Assembly: GCA_035318465.1 (NCBI GenBank)
Contig: DATHES010000045.1
Span: forward strand, 53,214-117,213
DNA from: Polyangiaceae bacterium
GTDB lineage: Bacteria; Myxococcota_A; Polyangia; Polyangiales; Polyangiaceae
Length of the DNA: 64,000 bases
Reading direction: 5' to 3'
The notes under the pieces are model-generated. The model was not told the DNA's origin. It was given only the letters and a program-made list of their open reading frames with translations, and did no database searches. A program made the translations under genes and the position numbers. How positions within the stretch are numbered: position 1 is the stretch's first letter; each line of letters opens with the position of its first letter. This document shows positions 1-9,500 of this stretch, piece by piece.

Positions 1-1
1 C

Positions 2-580
2 ATCGACCTCGACGCCGAGCTGCGCGAGGGCGCCAGCGAACGTCTCATGGCCCGCGATCGCAGCGATGCTTCCGATGTTCGCCTCGATTTCTGTGCGGGC
101 AGCACCACCGCGGCCGACCTTCTCTTCGCGGGCGCGCCGGGCCCGGTGCCGGTGCTGCTGATGGACTCGCTCTACGCGTTGCCCAAAGGCGTCCCCACCA
201 TGTGGGGCGCGCGCGCGCGCGGCGGCCTGGCGGGGGCGCTGTGGCGCCGCAAGATGCCTCCGGTCGACGTCGATCCCATCGAGCAGCGCCTGGGTGTGGC
301 GGGCCTCACCTCGATGGCCATCTCCATCGAACCGGGCAATTGTTACACCATGGCCATCGCCGCGATACGCGGCGATCCGAGGAGCCTCACCTTGAGCGCC
401 CGCGTCGATACGCGCGTGACCTTCGATTCGAGCGCGGGCGTCCTCGACGGCTCGGCGCTCGCCTTCTGCTCGAGCGGCTCCGAAAAAGCTTACGTCGAGG
501 TCGAGGTCCGCGGCAGTGCGGTGGCGTGGGTATTCGTCGTCTGGCAGCTCGGTTCTCGGCCCTTCGACGAGGGGCGATGA
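2..580 (+). CDS. secreted repeat-domain protein, C-terminal fragment (gene starts upstream of window)
   Basis: The frame is open from the window edge to TGA 578-580. Composition is not shadow-like. The last module (GNCYTMAIAA...ALAFCSSG...VEVEVRG) resembles the Cys-framed modules of the next gene. The stop overlaps the next start (ATGA). Confidence 0.6.
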   Translation: MDLDAELREGASERLMARDRSDASDVRLDFCAGSTTAADLLFAGAPGPVPVLLMDSLYALPKGVPTMWGARARGGLAGALWRRKMPPVDVDPIEQRLGVAGLTSMAISIEPGNCYTMAIAAIRGDPRSLTLSARVDTRVTFDSSAGVLDGSALAFCSSGSEKAYVEVEVRGSAVAWVFVVWQLGSRPFDEGR

Positions 581-2319
581 AAAACGTGGTCGCGCGATCG
601 GGCTCGGATGGGATAAAAAACCTCGTGCGCCTCGCCGCCGCGGTCTTGCTTTCGGTCGTTGGTTCGCTGGCCGGCTGCCGCAGGACGGCGCCGCCGCCGG
701 CCAGTGCCAAGGGTTTGCCTGCTCCGACGAGCGTGGCCGTCATGGCCGGTCAGCTCGACGGCAGCCGCTGGCTCTCGCGCGACGCGGAGGTCGCCGTGGG
801 GCTCGGTGCGAACCCGCTGCAGGTCGCGGTCACCGACATCGCTGGTGATGGCGATCGCGTCGGCGGCTTCGTCACCGTCCCCGTCGACCAATGCGTCCTC
901 GCCTACGCGCGCGGCTCGCAGGGGATCGAGGACCTCGATCTCTACGCCTACAGCGACGACGGCACGACGCTCGCGGCGGACGAGGCCAGCGACCCGCAAC
1001 CCGCCATCGTCATCTGCCCGCCTCATCCAACGCGCGCCTACCTCATCGCGCGGGTCGCGTCGGGGCGGGGCGTCGTGGCCATCGGCGTGCATACCCTTGC
1101 CCCCAGCACCGCAGCCCACATCGGCAAAGCGCTCGGTGCGCGCGGAAGACCGGGTGAAGAGCTCGGCCGGATCGAAGCTTGGCCAGGACTCGACGAGAAG
1201 GTCAACCAGCACCGCCGCGCGATCGGGGCGCGCTGGGAGGAGGTGCGTCGTGTCGCCGTGCAAGCCGACGCGCGAGCGCCGACCCGTATTTCGGCCACCC
1301 TCGACGGCGGCCGCTGTCTCGACGTGTACGTGGTACCAGGCGAGGAGTTCACCCAGCTCGACGTGGTGGTGATGGACAGCGACGAGCGGGTGTTGCTCCG
1401 CGCGCCCGCCATCGGGCGCGATCGCACCGCCATCGTCTGCTCGCCGGTGCAGACGCCCCTTTCCGTCGAGCTGCGTCCGCACGCCGGACAAGGTCTTTGC
1501 GCGGTCATGCTGGCGCGCAGCTCGGTCGGCGCCGAGCGCGAGATCGCTGGCCCCATCTCCTATTTTCGCGTCGCCCCTTCCGCCGATCTGTCGATCGAAC
1601 GCGCCCAGCGCGCCAAGCCGCTGCGCACGCTCGGCTACAGCGAACCTACGACGGTTGGCTCCGGAACGGCCGACGTCGGCCGCCGTCTCAGCTTTCCTCT
1701 GAACCTGCCCGAAGGGTGCGCGCGCATCGACGTCATCGGCGGTCGTCCCGTGGCCGGGCTCACTGCCGACGTGTGGGACGCCAACAACGCGCTCGTTGCC
1801 TCGTCCATGTCGGGCGAGGGTCCTACCCTCTTCGCTTGCGGCAAGGGCGGCCGCGCGCGCATCGACATCGAGGCTTTGAACCGGCCAGGACCATTCGCCA
1901 TCGAGATGCGGCGCGAGCGGGTGCCCAACGCCCAGCTCGTCGCGCATCCCCTCGCCGCCAGCCGCTTGCTGTCCGCACTCAACGCTCGCGGAGAGAGCGT
2001 CACGGTGGGCGTCGCCAGCGACGTCAGAGTACTCGCGCTGGAGCCGACGCAGCTCAGGACCTTCGACGTCCCCCTCGCCGACGGTCGCTGTGGCGACGTC
2101 GTGGCCGCCCTCGACGCGGGCGGCACGGGTATCGACGTGCGGCTCACCGACGGGCAAAGCGGTGAGGAATTCTCCCTCTCGCGGGGCCGCCTTCTCGCGC
2201 AGAGCCGCGTTTGCGCCGCCGGCCGCGCGCGCACCCTACGCGGCGAAGTGCGGCTCGGTGCCGGCAAGGCCGACGCCCTCGTCGTCCTGCGCCTCACCCC
2301 GATCCTGCCCCCGCCCTGA
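577..2319 (+). CDS. lipoprotein with four Cys-framed, PPC-like (pre-peptidase C-terminal-like) repeat modules
   Basis: Track ORF 202..2319 trimmed to ATG 577, which gives the signal MKNVV...LLSVVGSLAGC. There are four internal modules of about 80-100 aa, each with two framing Cys and an acidic centre (DLDLYAYSDDG, LDVVVMDSDE, LTADVWDANN, GIDVRLTDGQ). Confidence 0.7.
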   Translation: MKNVVARSGSDGIKNLVRLAAAVLLSVVGSLAGCRRTAPPPASAKGLPAPTSVAVMAGQLDGSRWLSRDAEVAVGLGANPLQVAVTDIAGDGDRVGGFVTVPVDQCVLAYARGSQGIEDLDLYAYSDDGTTLAADEASDPQPAIVICPPHPTRAYLIARVASGRGVVAIGVHTLAPSTAAHIGKALGARGRPGEELGRIEAWPGLDEKVNQHRRAIGARWEEVRRVAVQADARAPTRISATLDGGRCLDVYVVPGEEFTQLDVVVMDSDERVLLRAPAIGRDRTAIVCSPVQTPLSVELRPHAGQGLCAVMLARSSVGAEREIAGPISYFRVAPSADLSIERAQRAKPLRTLGYSEPTTVGSGTADVGRRLSFPLNLPEGCARIDVIGGRPVAGLTADVWDANNALVASSMSGEGPTLFACGKGGRARIDIEALNRPGPFAIEMRRERVPNAQLVAHPLAASRLLSALNARGESVTVGVASDVRVLALEPTQLRTFDVPLADGRCGDVVAALDAGGTGIDVRLTDGQSGEEFSLSRGRLLAQSRVCAAGRARTLRGEVRLGAGKADALVVLRLTPILPPP

Positions 2320-2377
2320 CATCGCTGTGGCAGCGCCACCCTGACGTCGCTGTGGCGATGAAGCGGGTTCACAAGGC

Positions 2378-2504
2378 GGGGAGGCGGGGAGGCGGGAGGA
2401 TTTTCTTTATCCACTGGGCGGCAGAGCACGCGCGACGACGTCGCGCCGCTGCCATTGCGCGGTCCCGTGGCATCCACCCAAGTATCTCTCCTCCCCGCCT
2501 CCCC
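2378..2504. other. long GC-rich nested hairpin between convergent genes (possible bidirectional terminator or structured element)
   Basis: ggggaggcggggagg (2378-2392) is the perfect reverse complement of cctccccgcctcccc (2490-2504). Inside it lie the pairs ccactggg/cccgtgg and ggcag/ctgcc and a central hairpin gcgcgac-gac-gtcgcgc (2430-2446). Confidence 0.45.
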
Positions 2505-2569
2505 GTAAATTCTCTGCTCCGTCGGAGCCCGCCGTACGCGCCGTCGCATGGTCAGGCCGATCCTGGGTT

Positions 2570-3538
2570 TTATCTCCCGCCGCGCTCGAGCGGAATGAGA
2601 TCGCGCAGCGGCCGTTCTTGCTGATCGCCGAGCTCGTCGGACAGAACGAGGGCTCCGGCTCCCGTCGACTCGACACGCAGCACTGCCCACGTGCGCGCTC
2701 CGCGGGTCGGTCGCGCCAGCACGTAGGTGCCCACGGTGGGCGCAAAATCCATGGGTGGCTCGGGACAAATCTCGGCCAGGTTGGTGTCCGATAGACGGCG
2801 ATCGCTTTCCCATTCCAGCCGCGCCGTCCCGCGCTTCACCCCTTTGATCTGGGCCCCCATCCACACGCCGTCGCGCTCGGCGATGATGCGTTCGTTGAGA
2901 CCCGGCCGCCAGCTGCCCGGAACGCGCGGGCGTCCGGCACTGCGCGCTCCATCGCGGAAAGCGCGTCGTTTGGCATTGCGATCGAACCGCTGGCGTACGT
3001 TGAGCTCGGTGACGGGGGTCGGGGCGAGGAGCTCGTGCCAAGGAAGGTCGGCGGCGGTCGCCTCGTCATCCACGACGCTTGCCCGCGCGTTCGCGGTTTC
3101 GATGCGACACCCCCGCCAGCGGTTGTCCGGCATGTGGCAGACGGCGTAGCTTCCTCCGTGCAGGGAAGGTCCGGCCAAGAGGACGTGCACGTCGCGCACG
3201 GGTTCGGCCGTAGGCGGCGCGCTCGGCGCCACGTCGTTCGAGGACGGCACGTACACTTCGGAGAGCGACTGATCGGTGACCTCGCCGGTCGAGGCGAGCT
3301 GCACCCGGGCGCGATCGCGCACCACCGCGACCACTGTCCCCTCCACGAATGCCGCGGTTGCATTCTCCACGATGACCCGCGCCCCCACGTCGACCCCATG
3401 CGCCCGCGGCGCGGCGTCGCCACCGATGTCGGACGACGTCCCTTGCTTGGTCTTCGCACAAGACGTTGCCAGGAGGACGACACAAGACGTTGCCAGGAGG
3501 ACGAAAAGACTGGCGTGGCGGAGGAAATGGGAAATCAT
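2570..3538 (-). CDS. hypothetical lipoprotein
   Basis: 322-aa ORF with signal and lipobox (MISHFLRHASLFVLLATSC...). Coding-like composition. No family recognised. Confidence 0.7.
   Translation of the reverse strand: MISHFLRHASLFVLLATSCVVLLATSCAKTKQGTSSDIGGDAAPRAHGVDVGARVIVENATAAFVEGTVVAVVRDRARVQLASTGEVTDQSLSEVYVPSSNDVAPSAPPTAEPVRDVHVLLAGPSLHGGSYAVCHMPDNRWRGCRIETANARASVVDDEATAADLPWHELLAPTPVTELNVRQRFDRNAKRRAFRDGARSAGRPRVPGSWRPGLNERIIAERDGVWMGAQIKGVKRGTARLEWESDRRLSDTNLAEICPEPPMDFAPTVGTYVLARPTRGARTWAVLRVESTGAGALVLSDELGDQQERPLRDLIPLERGGR
3457..3504. repeat. perfect 24-bp tandem duplication inside the signal peptide coding region
   Basis: cacaagacgttgccaggaggacga occurs twice back to back (3457-3480 and 3481-3504). 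This gives the duplicated peptide VVLLATSC-VVLLATSC on the minus strand. Confidence 0.9.
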
Positions 3539-3757
3539 CGGGTCAGGTGCGCTGGGCTCGGCAGAGCTTAGTCGCAGCAGTGCCGATCGCTAAAGGCCAT
3601 AAGCGCCAAGGTGGGCCGCGCGCTCGGGCGATCATCTCCGAGGGTGCCCGCGGGCCGGCCGCGTCTCGCCAGGGCCGGAAGGCACGGTGAGGCGCCCACG
3701 CTACGGGGATTGCCGCAAAATAGGCCCAATCACCGGGCCCTTGGTAGCCTACCGGAG

Positions 3758-4213
3758 ATGGGTTCGTTGACGAAAGGGTGCGCAGGCCTCGGGGTCATGG
3801 CGCTGGTGGTGGCGGGGTGCGGTTCGGCAGGCTCGAACCGCGGACTCTCTTCGGCCGCCGAAACGCATTCGCTCTCGAGGCCCTGGACGGCCTGGCAAGA
3901 GACCGGTCTCGCCACGTACTACGCCTCGAGTCTAGCGGGGCGCCGAACGGCGAACGGCGAACGGTACGACCCCTCCTTGCTGACGGCTGCCCATCGGCGG
4001 CTCCCTTTCGGGACGCTGGTAGAAGTGCGAAGACGCGATGGAAAGCGCAGCGTCATCGTGCGTATCAACGACCGCGGGCCCTTCGTCGCCAATCGCGTCA
4101 TCGATCTCTCCTTCCGCGCCGCCGAGGCGCTCGGGATCGTGCATTTGGGCAAAGCCGTCGTGGAGATCCACCCCTACGGCTCGCCGGATCGAAACGTGCC
4201 GCCCCGCTTCTGA
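3758..4213 (+). CDS. rlpA: RlpA-family septal ring lytic transglycosylase lipoprotein (DPBB domain)
   Basis: Signal MGSLTKGCAGLGVMALVVAGC, followed by GLATYYASSLAGRRTANGERYD...TAAHRRLPFGTLVEVRR...VIVRINDRGPF...VIDLSFRAAEALG, the typical RlpA DPBB signature. Track ORF 3611.. trimmed to ATG 3758. Confidence 0.85.
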   Translation: MGSLTKGCAGLGVMALVVAGCGSAGSNRGLSSAAETHSLSRPWTAWQETGLATYYASSLAGRRTANGERYDPSLLTAAHRRLPFGTLVEVRRRDGKRSVIVRINDRGPFVANRVIDLSFRAAEALGIVHLGKAVVEIHPYGSPDRNVPPRF

Positions 4214-4275
4214 CGAACGCGCTGGCGACGCGTCTTGCGCGTTCAAAACCGCGCCTGGTCGCGGGCACTCGCGTC

Positions 4276-4860
4276 TCAGGGACCGACCCCGGCCAACCAC
4301 TGCCCTGCCAGCCGCCGGAACGCGCGCTCGCGACGAACGATGGGCGCAATGCCCCGGCAAGGTGTCGACTGGTTGCGCTCGGGGCAAGAAGCACATGGCG
4401 TGCGATCCGGCCCGCGCCGCCGATAGCGCGTCACCAGGCCCAGCAGCGGGATGGCGCAGACGGCCGCGAATGCACAGCCCGCGAGGCCGAACTGGACGGC
4501 ACGACCAAGCGCATAGGCAATGGCGAGCGCCGGCAGGAACCGCGAAACGAGCTTCGGCGCCCGTGCCCGAGACTTCGACCGGCGTGAGATCGTCGCGTAG
4601 ACCACCCCGGCCAGGCCGAACGCTCCGAGCACCGCCAGGGCCGCGGGGGGCGCGGGCAGAAGGACGGACAGGGCCAAGCCCCCGACGCTGCCCGAGCCGA
4701 CCAGGAGACAGCCGCGGCACAAGCGGTTGCGCCTTCCGAGCCGCACCACTTCGCCGCGGTACTCATCGCAGAGCGGGTGGTGCGCAAAACGATGAAAACG
4801 ATGTGCCGTGCAGGCGAGCCGATCGATCCTGGCGGCGAGCCGCGCCGGAAGCCGCGGCAT
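4276..4860 (-). CDS. Cys-rich polytopic membrane protein (DUF2085-like?)
   Basis: Trimmed to MPRLPARL... (ATG at 4860), 2 nt downstream of the YbjQ stop. Has HHPLCDEY...RLCRGC and PCASCPERNQSTPC motifs and several hydrophobic helices. Confidence 0.55.
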   Translation of the reverse strand: MPRLPARLAARIDRLACTAHRFHRFAHHPLCDEYRGEVVRLGRRNRLCRGCLLVGSGSVGGLALSVLLPAPPAALAVLGAFGLAGVVYATISRRSKSRARAPKLVSRFLPALAIAYALGRAVQFGLAGCAFAAVCAIPLLGLVTRYRRRGPDRTPCASCPERNQSTPCRGIAPIVRRERAFRRLAGQWLAGVGP

Positions 4861-4862
4861 CG

Positions 4863-5216
4863 TCAGCGCGACGCTTGCTTCAGGATGACCGCCGTCCCGT
4901 AAGCGACGATCTCGTTCGTGTTCTGCATGAGCTCTCCGGAATCGAAGCGCATGCCCAAGACGGCGTTGGCGCCTTGGGCGATGGCATGGGCTTCCAGCCG
5001 GTGCATGGCTTCGTTGCGGGAATCGGTGGCCAGCGAGGTGAGCGCCGCGATCTCTCCGCCGAAGATCTGCTGGCAGCCCGCGCAGGCGGTGCCGACGATG
5101 CTGCGCGATCGAACGGTGATCCCCCAGCACGGTCCGACGACGTGCGTGATCTCCAAACCCGGAGGAGCGTCGAACGTCGTGAGGATCGGTATCTTGTGGA
5201 TCGGAGCGACCTGCAT
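4863..5216 (-). CDS. YbjQ/UPF0145 family protein
   Basis: 117 aa, MQVAPIHKIPILTTFDAPPGLEI...GGEIAALTSLATDSRNEAMHRLEAHAIAQGANAVLGMRFD...VAYGTAV, the typical UPF0145 pattern. An SD-like gaggag lies upstream of ATG 5216. Confidence 0.85.
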   Translation of the reverse strand: MQVAPIHKIPILTTFDAPPGLEITHVVGPCWGITVRSRSIVGTACAGCQQIFGGEIAALTSLATDSRNEAMHRLEAHAIAQGANAVLGMRFDSGELMQNTNEIVAYGTAVILKQASR

Positions 5217-5445
5217 CCTCGCTTCTCCTCTTGTCTCCCCCTGACAGCGCCGCGAAAGTTTAATCGACACGACCCAGCTCGTCCACGAAATCATGCCGCT
5301 TGCGCGCGGGCATCGGTCGGTTGGCGCGACCCTCGCGAAGAACCCGGGGGCACCGGCGCGACCCAACGCTCTTGCGGCATCGCGCTCGCTCTTTTCTGAC
5401 CAAAGGAGCCTCTTGCCTATTGGATTTCGGCAGGAGGACGGAGTT

Positions 5446-6072
5446 ATGATTTCTCCAATGAGGGGGCACCAGAGCCGGCAACCGGAACCTGGCTTTGACG
5501 AACTCGTCGGGTACCTGCGCGATCTTCCGCAAGGCAGGGTCGGACAAATCGTCAACTGCAAGCTTCATCTGTCCAATATCTGCCAGGCGGCGCACGCGCA
5601 CACCCTGGCCGAGCTATCGGCAACGCTGCTCGCGGGCTCGCCGCTCGGCGATCCTGTCCCCCCCGGATGGACCTTCTTGACTGAAGTCGAGCTGACCCTC
5701 CCGCGCGAGACGCTGGTGGTCGCCGACATCGCCGGCTGGCGCGAGCCGCATGAACGCATCGTGGCGCTACCTAGCCCTATCGGCCTGGTGCCGGAGTGGA
5801 TCTGCGAGGTGCTCGACCCCGGTACGCGCACGCTCGATCTCACCTCCAAGCGCGAGGCCTATGCCCTTGCCGCGGTGCGGTACCTCTGGATCCTCGATCC
5901 TACGGCGCGCGTGCTCGAAGCCTACGAGAACGTTCAGGGCCGGTGGTTGCTCTCGCTCGCTGTATCCGAGGACGAGGTCGCGTCGCCGCCGTTCGCAGAG
6001 CTTCGTTTCGACGTCGGGGATCTCTGGATGCCCGAGCCGCACCCCCGCCCGAGTCACCGCCCTTCGGCTTGA
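5446..6072 (+). CDS. Uma2 family (DUF820) endonuclease
   Basis: SD aggagg precedes ATG 5446. The core PEWICEVLDPGTRTLDLTSKREAYALAAVRYLWILDPTARVLEAY matches the Uma2 PD-(D/E)xK pattern. Confidence 0.75.
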   Translation: MISPMRGHQSRQPEPGFDELVGYLRDLPQGRVGQIVNCKLHLSNICQAAHAHTLAELSATLLAGSPLGDPVPPGWTFLTEVELTLPRETLVVADIAGWREPHERIVALPSPIGLVPEWICEVLDPGTRTLDLTSKREAYALAAVRYLWILDPTARVLEAYENVQGRWLLSLAVSEDEVASPPFAELRFDVGDLWMPEPHPRPSHRPSA

Positions 6073-7025
6073 CTGCGTCGACCGCGCCGGCGAAAAAGGG
6101 CGATCCCCCCCAAACCGCCAGCCAAACCGATGCACGCGTTCGCGTCGGTGCCCCGGTCGGTCGGCGCGAGACGCGCGAGGGAACAACGACCCCCTCCACC
6201 CGATGGAAAGAGCCCGCACACGGGGGAAAAACCTTGGCGCGGATTGAAGTCGCATTGGACAGCCGCCCCGGCCGGGTACACCGCGCAGATCCCCTGGATG
6301 TCGTCCGCGCCGAGCGTGCGAAAGCTCGAGGTACCGGCCGTGTAGGAGGACTGCATGGTGGCGTTGGGGTCGTGCGAGTGTGCCATCCCCAGGAAGTGGC
6401 CGACTTCATGGGTGACGATCGATTGAAGATCGTAGGCGGTGATAGGCACGGGATCATCGATCGAGAGGGGCTGGGTGGCGTTGATCTCCATGTCCGCGTC
6501 GAAGATGGCGCCCGTCTTGCGGCTGTAGGTGATGGTCGTCAGCCCGAGGACGACGTTGCCAGTTTCCTCGTACGGCCACTTATCGTCACGGAAAATGACG
6601 GAGTTCGCGTTGGAGTCGGTCTGGTTATATTCGTGGAGGTTGCAAGCAACGTCCCCGAAATGGTGATCGACGCGGATCGCGGCGGGGATCCCGGTGGCGG
6701 GACAGCTGACGTTCTGCCAAACGGCAAAGGCTTTTTCCATGACGGAGCTCGCCGTGGCCAGATTGATCTGTTTCGATGCGCGGTACTGCATGGAGTAGCT
6801 GACACACGACGTCTGCCATGCGATGGGCATGCCGCTCGGACACCCGTTGGCGTCGGGGTCGCATAGCGGCGGCGGGCACGTCGTGGTGCGACAGTACGCA
6901 GACGCCTGGCGCGGAGCGGTCGCGGCGAACAGCACCACCAGAGCCGTCACGATGGGCCGCAGCAGGTGCCACCGCCGGGCGTCGCGGCTCACCGTGCCTT
7001 TGGGTTTACGACCACCGCGTGTCAT
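6054..7025 (-). CDS. matrixin-family (M10) zinc metalloprotease with MYXO-CTERM-type tail
   Basis: Has a signal peptide and the motif HEVGHFLGMAHSHD followed by a Met-turn region. The C-terminus GGGGRCSLARL...GLAGGLGGIALFRRRGRR resembles the MYXO-CTERM sorting tag. Confidence 0.9.
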   Translation of the reverse strand: MTRGGRKPKGTVSRDARRWHLLRPIVTALVVLFAATAPRQASAYCRTTTCPPPLCDPDANGCPSGMPIAWQTSCVSYSMQYRASKQINLATASSVMEKAFAVWQNVSCPATGIPAAIRVDHHFGDVACNLHEYNQTDSNANSVIFRDDKWPYEETGNVVLGLTTITYSRKTGAIFDADMEINATQPLSIDDPVPITAYDLQSIVTHEVGHFLGMAHSHDPNATMQSSYTAGTSSFRTLGADDIQGICAVYPAGAAVQCDFNPRQGFSPVCGLFPSGGGGRCSLARLAPTDRGTDANACIGLAGGLGGIALFRRRGRRSQAEGR

Positions 7026-7031
7026 CAGCGC

Positions 7032-7475
7032 TCAACCCTTTCCTCCGCGCGCTTCCGGACCGACTCCGATCACGTTGACGATGACCTCCCGCCGATGCGG
7101 CCGGCGCCGGTGTTCCCACAAGTAGATCGCTTGCCAGGTGCCGAGCGCGAGACGCGCCTCTCGAATGGGGATGTTCTCCGAGCAGCGCGTCAGCACGGCC
7201 TTGGCGTGAGCCGGCATGTCATCGGGCCCCTCCGCATCGTGCTCCCAGGCGCGCGATTCGGGCGCCATGGTGGCGAGCCATTTGACCAGATCGCGCAGCA
7301 CCGCGGGATCGGCATTTTCTTGAATGACGAGCCCGGCCGACGTGTGTTGAACGAACACCGTGCATTGCCCCGTTACGACGCCGCTGGCGCGCACCACTTC
7401 GTGCACCTGCCCCGTCAAATCGGTCGCGCCTTCTCCCTGGGTCGATACTTGGAGCGTGTCCTGGTAAACTCGCAT
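7032..7475 (-). CDS. YjbQ/UPF0047 family (secondary thiamine-phosphate synthase-like) protein
   Basis: MRVYQDTLQVSTQGEGATDLTGQV...CTVFVQHTSAGLVIQENADP.V..D........HDAEGPDDMPAHAKA...IPI..G.L.LGTWQAIYLWEHR is the classic YjbQ pattern. Trimmed to ATG 7475. Confidence 0.85.
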   Translation of the reverse strand: MRVYQDTLQVSTQGEGATDLTGQVHEVVRASGVVTGQCTVFVQHTSAGLVIQENADPAVLRDLVKWLATMAPESRAWEHDAEGPDDMPAHAKAVLTRCSENIPIREARLALGTWQAIYLWEHRRRPHRREVIVNVIGVGPEARGGKG

Positions 7476-7560
7476 GCTCAAAAATGGCTCGGGCCCCTCG
7501 GCCGCGCCGCGCGCTGTCCGACCCGCACCGGCGACACGACCATTCGTCTCCCGTTCTAGC

Positions 7561-8796
7561 ATGACCTACCCCGACGACGGACAAATGCCTTCCAGGCTGC
7601 GGCGCCCCGCGATTCTCGGCGCACTGGCCTCCATCCTCGGTCTCACCTTCGCGGCCTACTCGAGCGTGGATTACGCGGCGCACCTCGATCGCCGTCTGCA
7701 CGACGTCCACTGTAGCCTCGTACCCGGCCTCACCTCCGGCGCCGACGAAGAGAACCCTTGCCGCGCCGCCATGTACAGCGCCTATTCGGCCCTCTTCCGC
7801 GGCTCGTATTGGGGAGGCATCCCCGTTTCACTCTTTGCGCTCGGCGCGTTCTCGTTCTTCTTCGGCTTCTCGATGTACCTGCTCTTCGCGGGGCCGCGCG
7901 CCTCGAAGAGGGCGGTGTGGTTTTTTGCGGCCGCCGGCGCCACCCCCTTCGCAGTCTCGCTGATCATGTTCGTGATCTCCGTCACCAAGATCGGCTCGCT
8001 CTGCAAGACGTGCGTCGGGATTTACCTCTCATCGTCGTTGCTTCTCGTCGCGGCGCTCCTCGCCCTGCGGGCCGCGAAACCGAGCTACGGCGAGACGATG
8101 CCGCGCCCCGCGGGCAAATGGGGGCCGCCCGTGCTTTGGGCGCTGGCCCTCGCGGCAAGCGCGCTGATCCCTTCGCTCGTCTACGCCGCCGCTGTGCCCG
8201 ATGAGCGACCGTTTCTCGGCAACTGCGGCAAGCTCGAAAAGGCCGTCGAGGCCCACAACGCCCTGCTCCACCTGAAAACGGCGCACTCGGTGAGACCCGC
8301 CATCCTCTTCGAAGACCCGCTCTGCCCCACTTGCCGGGCCTTTCACCAGCGGCTCATCGCGGAGGGCGCCTACGATCGCCTCGACATCCAGCTCAGCCTT
8401 TTTCCGCTGGACAGCGAATGCAACTGGATGTTGACGACGCCCTTGCACCCGGGCGCGTGCACCCTCTCCAAGGCCGTCATTTGCGGCGGCGATCACGCTC
8501 GGCAGGTGCTGGAGTGGGCCTACGATCAGCAGGACGACCTCGTCAAAGTCGCCAAGGCTGGCGACGGCGAGCTCCGGCGCGTCATCTCCAAGCGTTGGGG
8601 CCAGAGCGCCGCCACCTGCCTCGATGCGCCCGCCACCAAGCAGAAGCTCAACCAGCAGCTCCATTTTGCGGCCGACAATGCCATCCCCGTCTCGACGCCG
8701 CAGATGTACCTCGGCGACCGCAAAGTGTGCGACGAAGATACCGACCTCGGCCTGCGGTACACGCTGACGCAGCTCGCGCCGGAGGTGGTGCCGTGA
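7561..8796 (+). CDS. vitamin K epoxide reductase (VKOR) domain fused to DsbA-like thioredoxin domain
   Basis: The N-terminal half is a 4-5 TM domain with paired Cys (HCSLV...NPC and CKTC). The C-terminal half has FEDPLCPTCRAF (CxxC) and a DsbA-like fold signature. Trimmed to ATG 7561. Confidence 0.85.
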   Translation: MTYPDDGQMPSRLRRPAILGALASILGLTFAAYSSVDYAAHLDRRLHDVHCSLVPGLTSGADEENPCRAAMYSAYSALFRGSYWGGIPVSLFALGAFSFFFGFSMYLLFAGPRASKRAVWFFAAAGATPFAVSLIMFVISVTKIGSLCKTCVGIYLSSSLLLVAALLALRAAKPSYGETMPRPAGKWGPPVLWALALAASALIPSLVYAAAVPDERPFLGNCGKLEKAVEAHNALLHLKTAHSVRPAILFEDPLCPTCRAFHQRLIAEGAYDRLDIQLSLFPLDSECNWMLTTPLHPGACTLSKAVICGGDHARQVLEWAYDQQDDLVKVAKAGDGELRRVISKRWGQSAATCLDAPATKQKLNQQLHFAADNAIPVSTPQMYLGDRKVCDEDTDLGLRYTLTQLAPEVVP

Positions 8797-9500
8797 AGCC
8801 CCCCGTCAACGCGACGCGAGCCGCTCTCATCGGGCTCGGGGTCGGCGTGGTGACGCTCATCGCCTCGACGTTGACGGTCTACGCCACCGTGCGATCAGCG
8901 CGCGAGCGACTCGTCATCGCAGCCGCTCCGAGCAAAGTCGCCGTCGCCGCCAACGCCGAGGATGCCTATTGCACGCCGCGCTTCAAAGAGGTGCTCGAGC
9001 GCGTGCTGCACTCGTGCGGCCTCTCCGAAGGGGAAGCGCGACGCGGATGCAAACCCGCCGACGTGAAGACTTTCGCCTCCATCAGCGGTCAGGACTTCAA
9101 CGAGCTGTTCACGCCGCTACGCAAGCGCGGGGCCGTCATCCTCTTCGATTCCGGTAAAGAGGACCTCGACGATGGCGCCCAGAAAATCCTGGAAGAGCGC
9201 TGGCTCGACCGCAAGGGCGCCCGCTACTTCTTCGTCGTGGGCCGTGCCTCCAAGACCGGCACGGTGGAGACCAACCGCGCCCTTTCGCACCGCCGGGCCA
9301 ACTCCATCCAGTTTCACGTCAAAGAGAAATTCGCCGACTCGGAGCTCGACAAGCGCCTCGGCCTTCTCTGGCTCGGCAACGAGTTTGCGCAGCTCGACAA
9401 GGACTTCTGCAACTGGGAGACGTCACGATCCGGCAGCAAATGCGACGACGAGTCGATCAACCGCAGCGCCTTCGTGTCATGGGTCGACTGCCGACTCTGA
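8793..9500 (+). CDS. membrane-anchored OmpA_C-like domain protein
   Basis: GTG 8793 overlaps the upstream TGA (GTGA). Has an N-terminal TM helix and ILFDSGKEDLDDGAQKIL...GRASKTGTVETNRALSHRRANSI, an OmpA-like peptidoglycan-binding pattern. Contains 6 Cys. Confidence 0.7.
   Translation: MKPPVNATRAALIGLGVGVVTLIASTLTVYATVRSARERLVIAAAPSKVAVAANAEDAYCTPRFKEVLERVLHSCGLSEGEARRGCKPADVKTFASISGQDFNELFTPLRKRGAVILFDSGKEDLDDGAQKILEERWLDRKGARYFFVVGRASKTGTVETNRALSHRRANSIQFHVKEKFADSELDKRLGLLWLGNEFAQLDKDFCNWETSRSGSKCDDESINRSAFVSWVDCRL

Noticed and set aside
490-2157. 555-aa minus-strand ORF (and similar ones at 1635..3041, 16113..17696, 17882..20047, 32407..34188 and 34402..35745)
   Set aside because: These are Arg/Pro/Gly/His-rich with shadow composition. 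They lie antisense to genes with clear family signatures or signal peptides. Such ORFs are typical of roughly 70% GC DNA.
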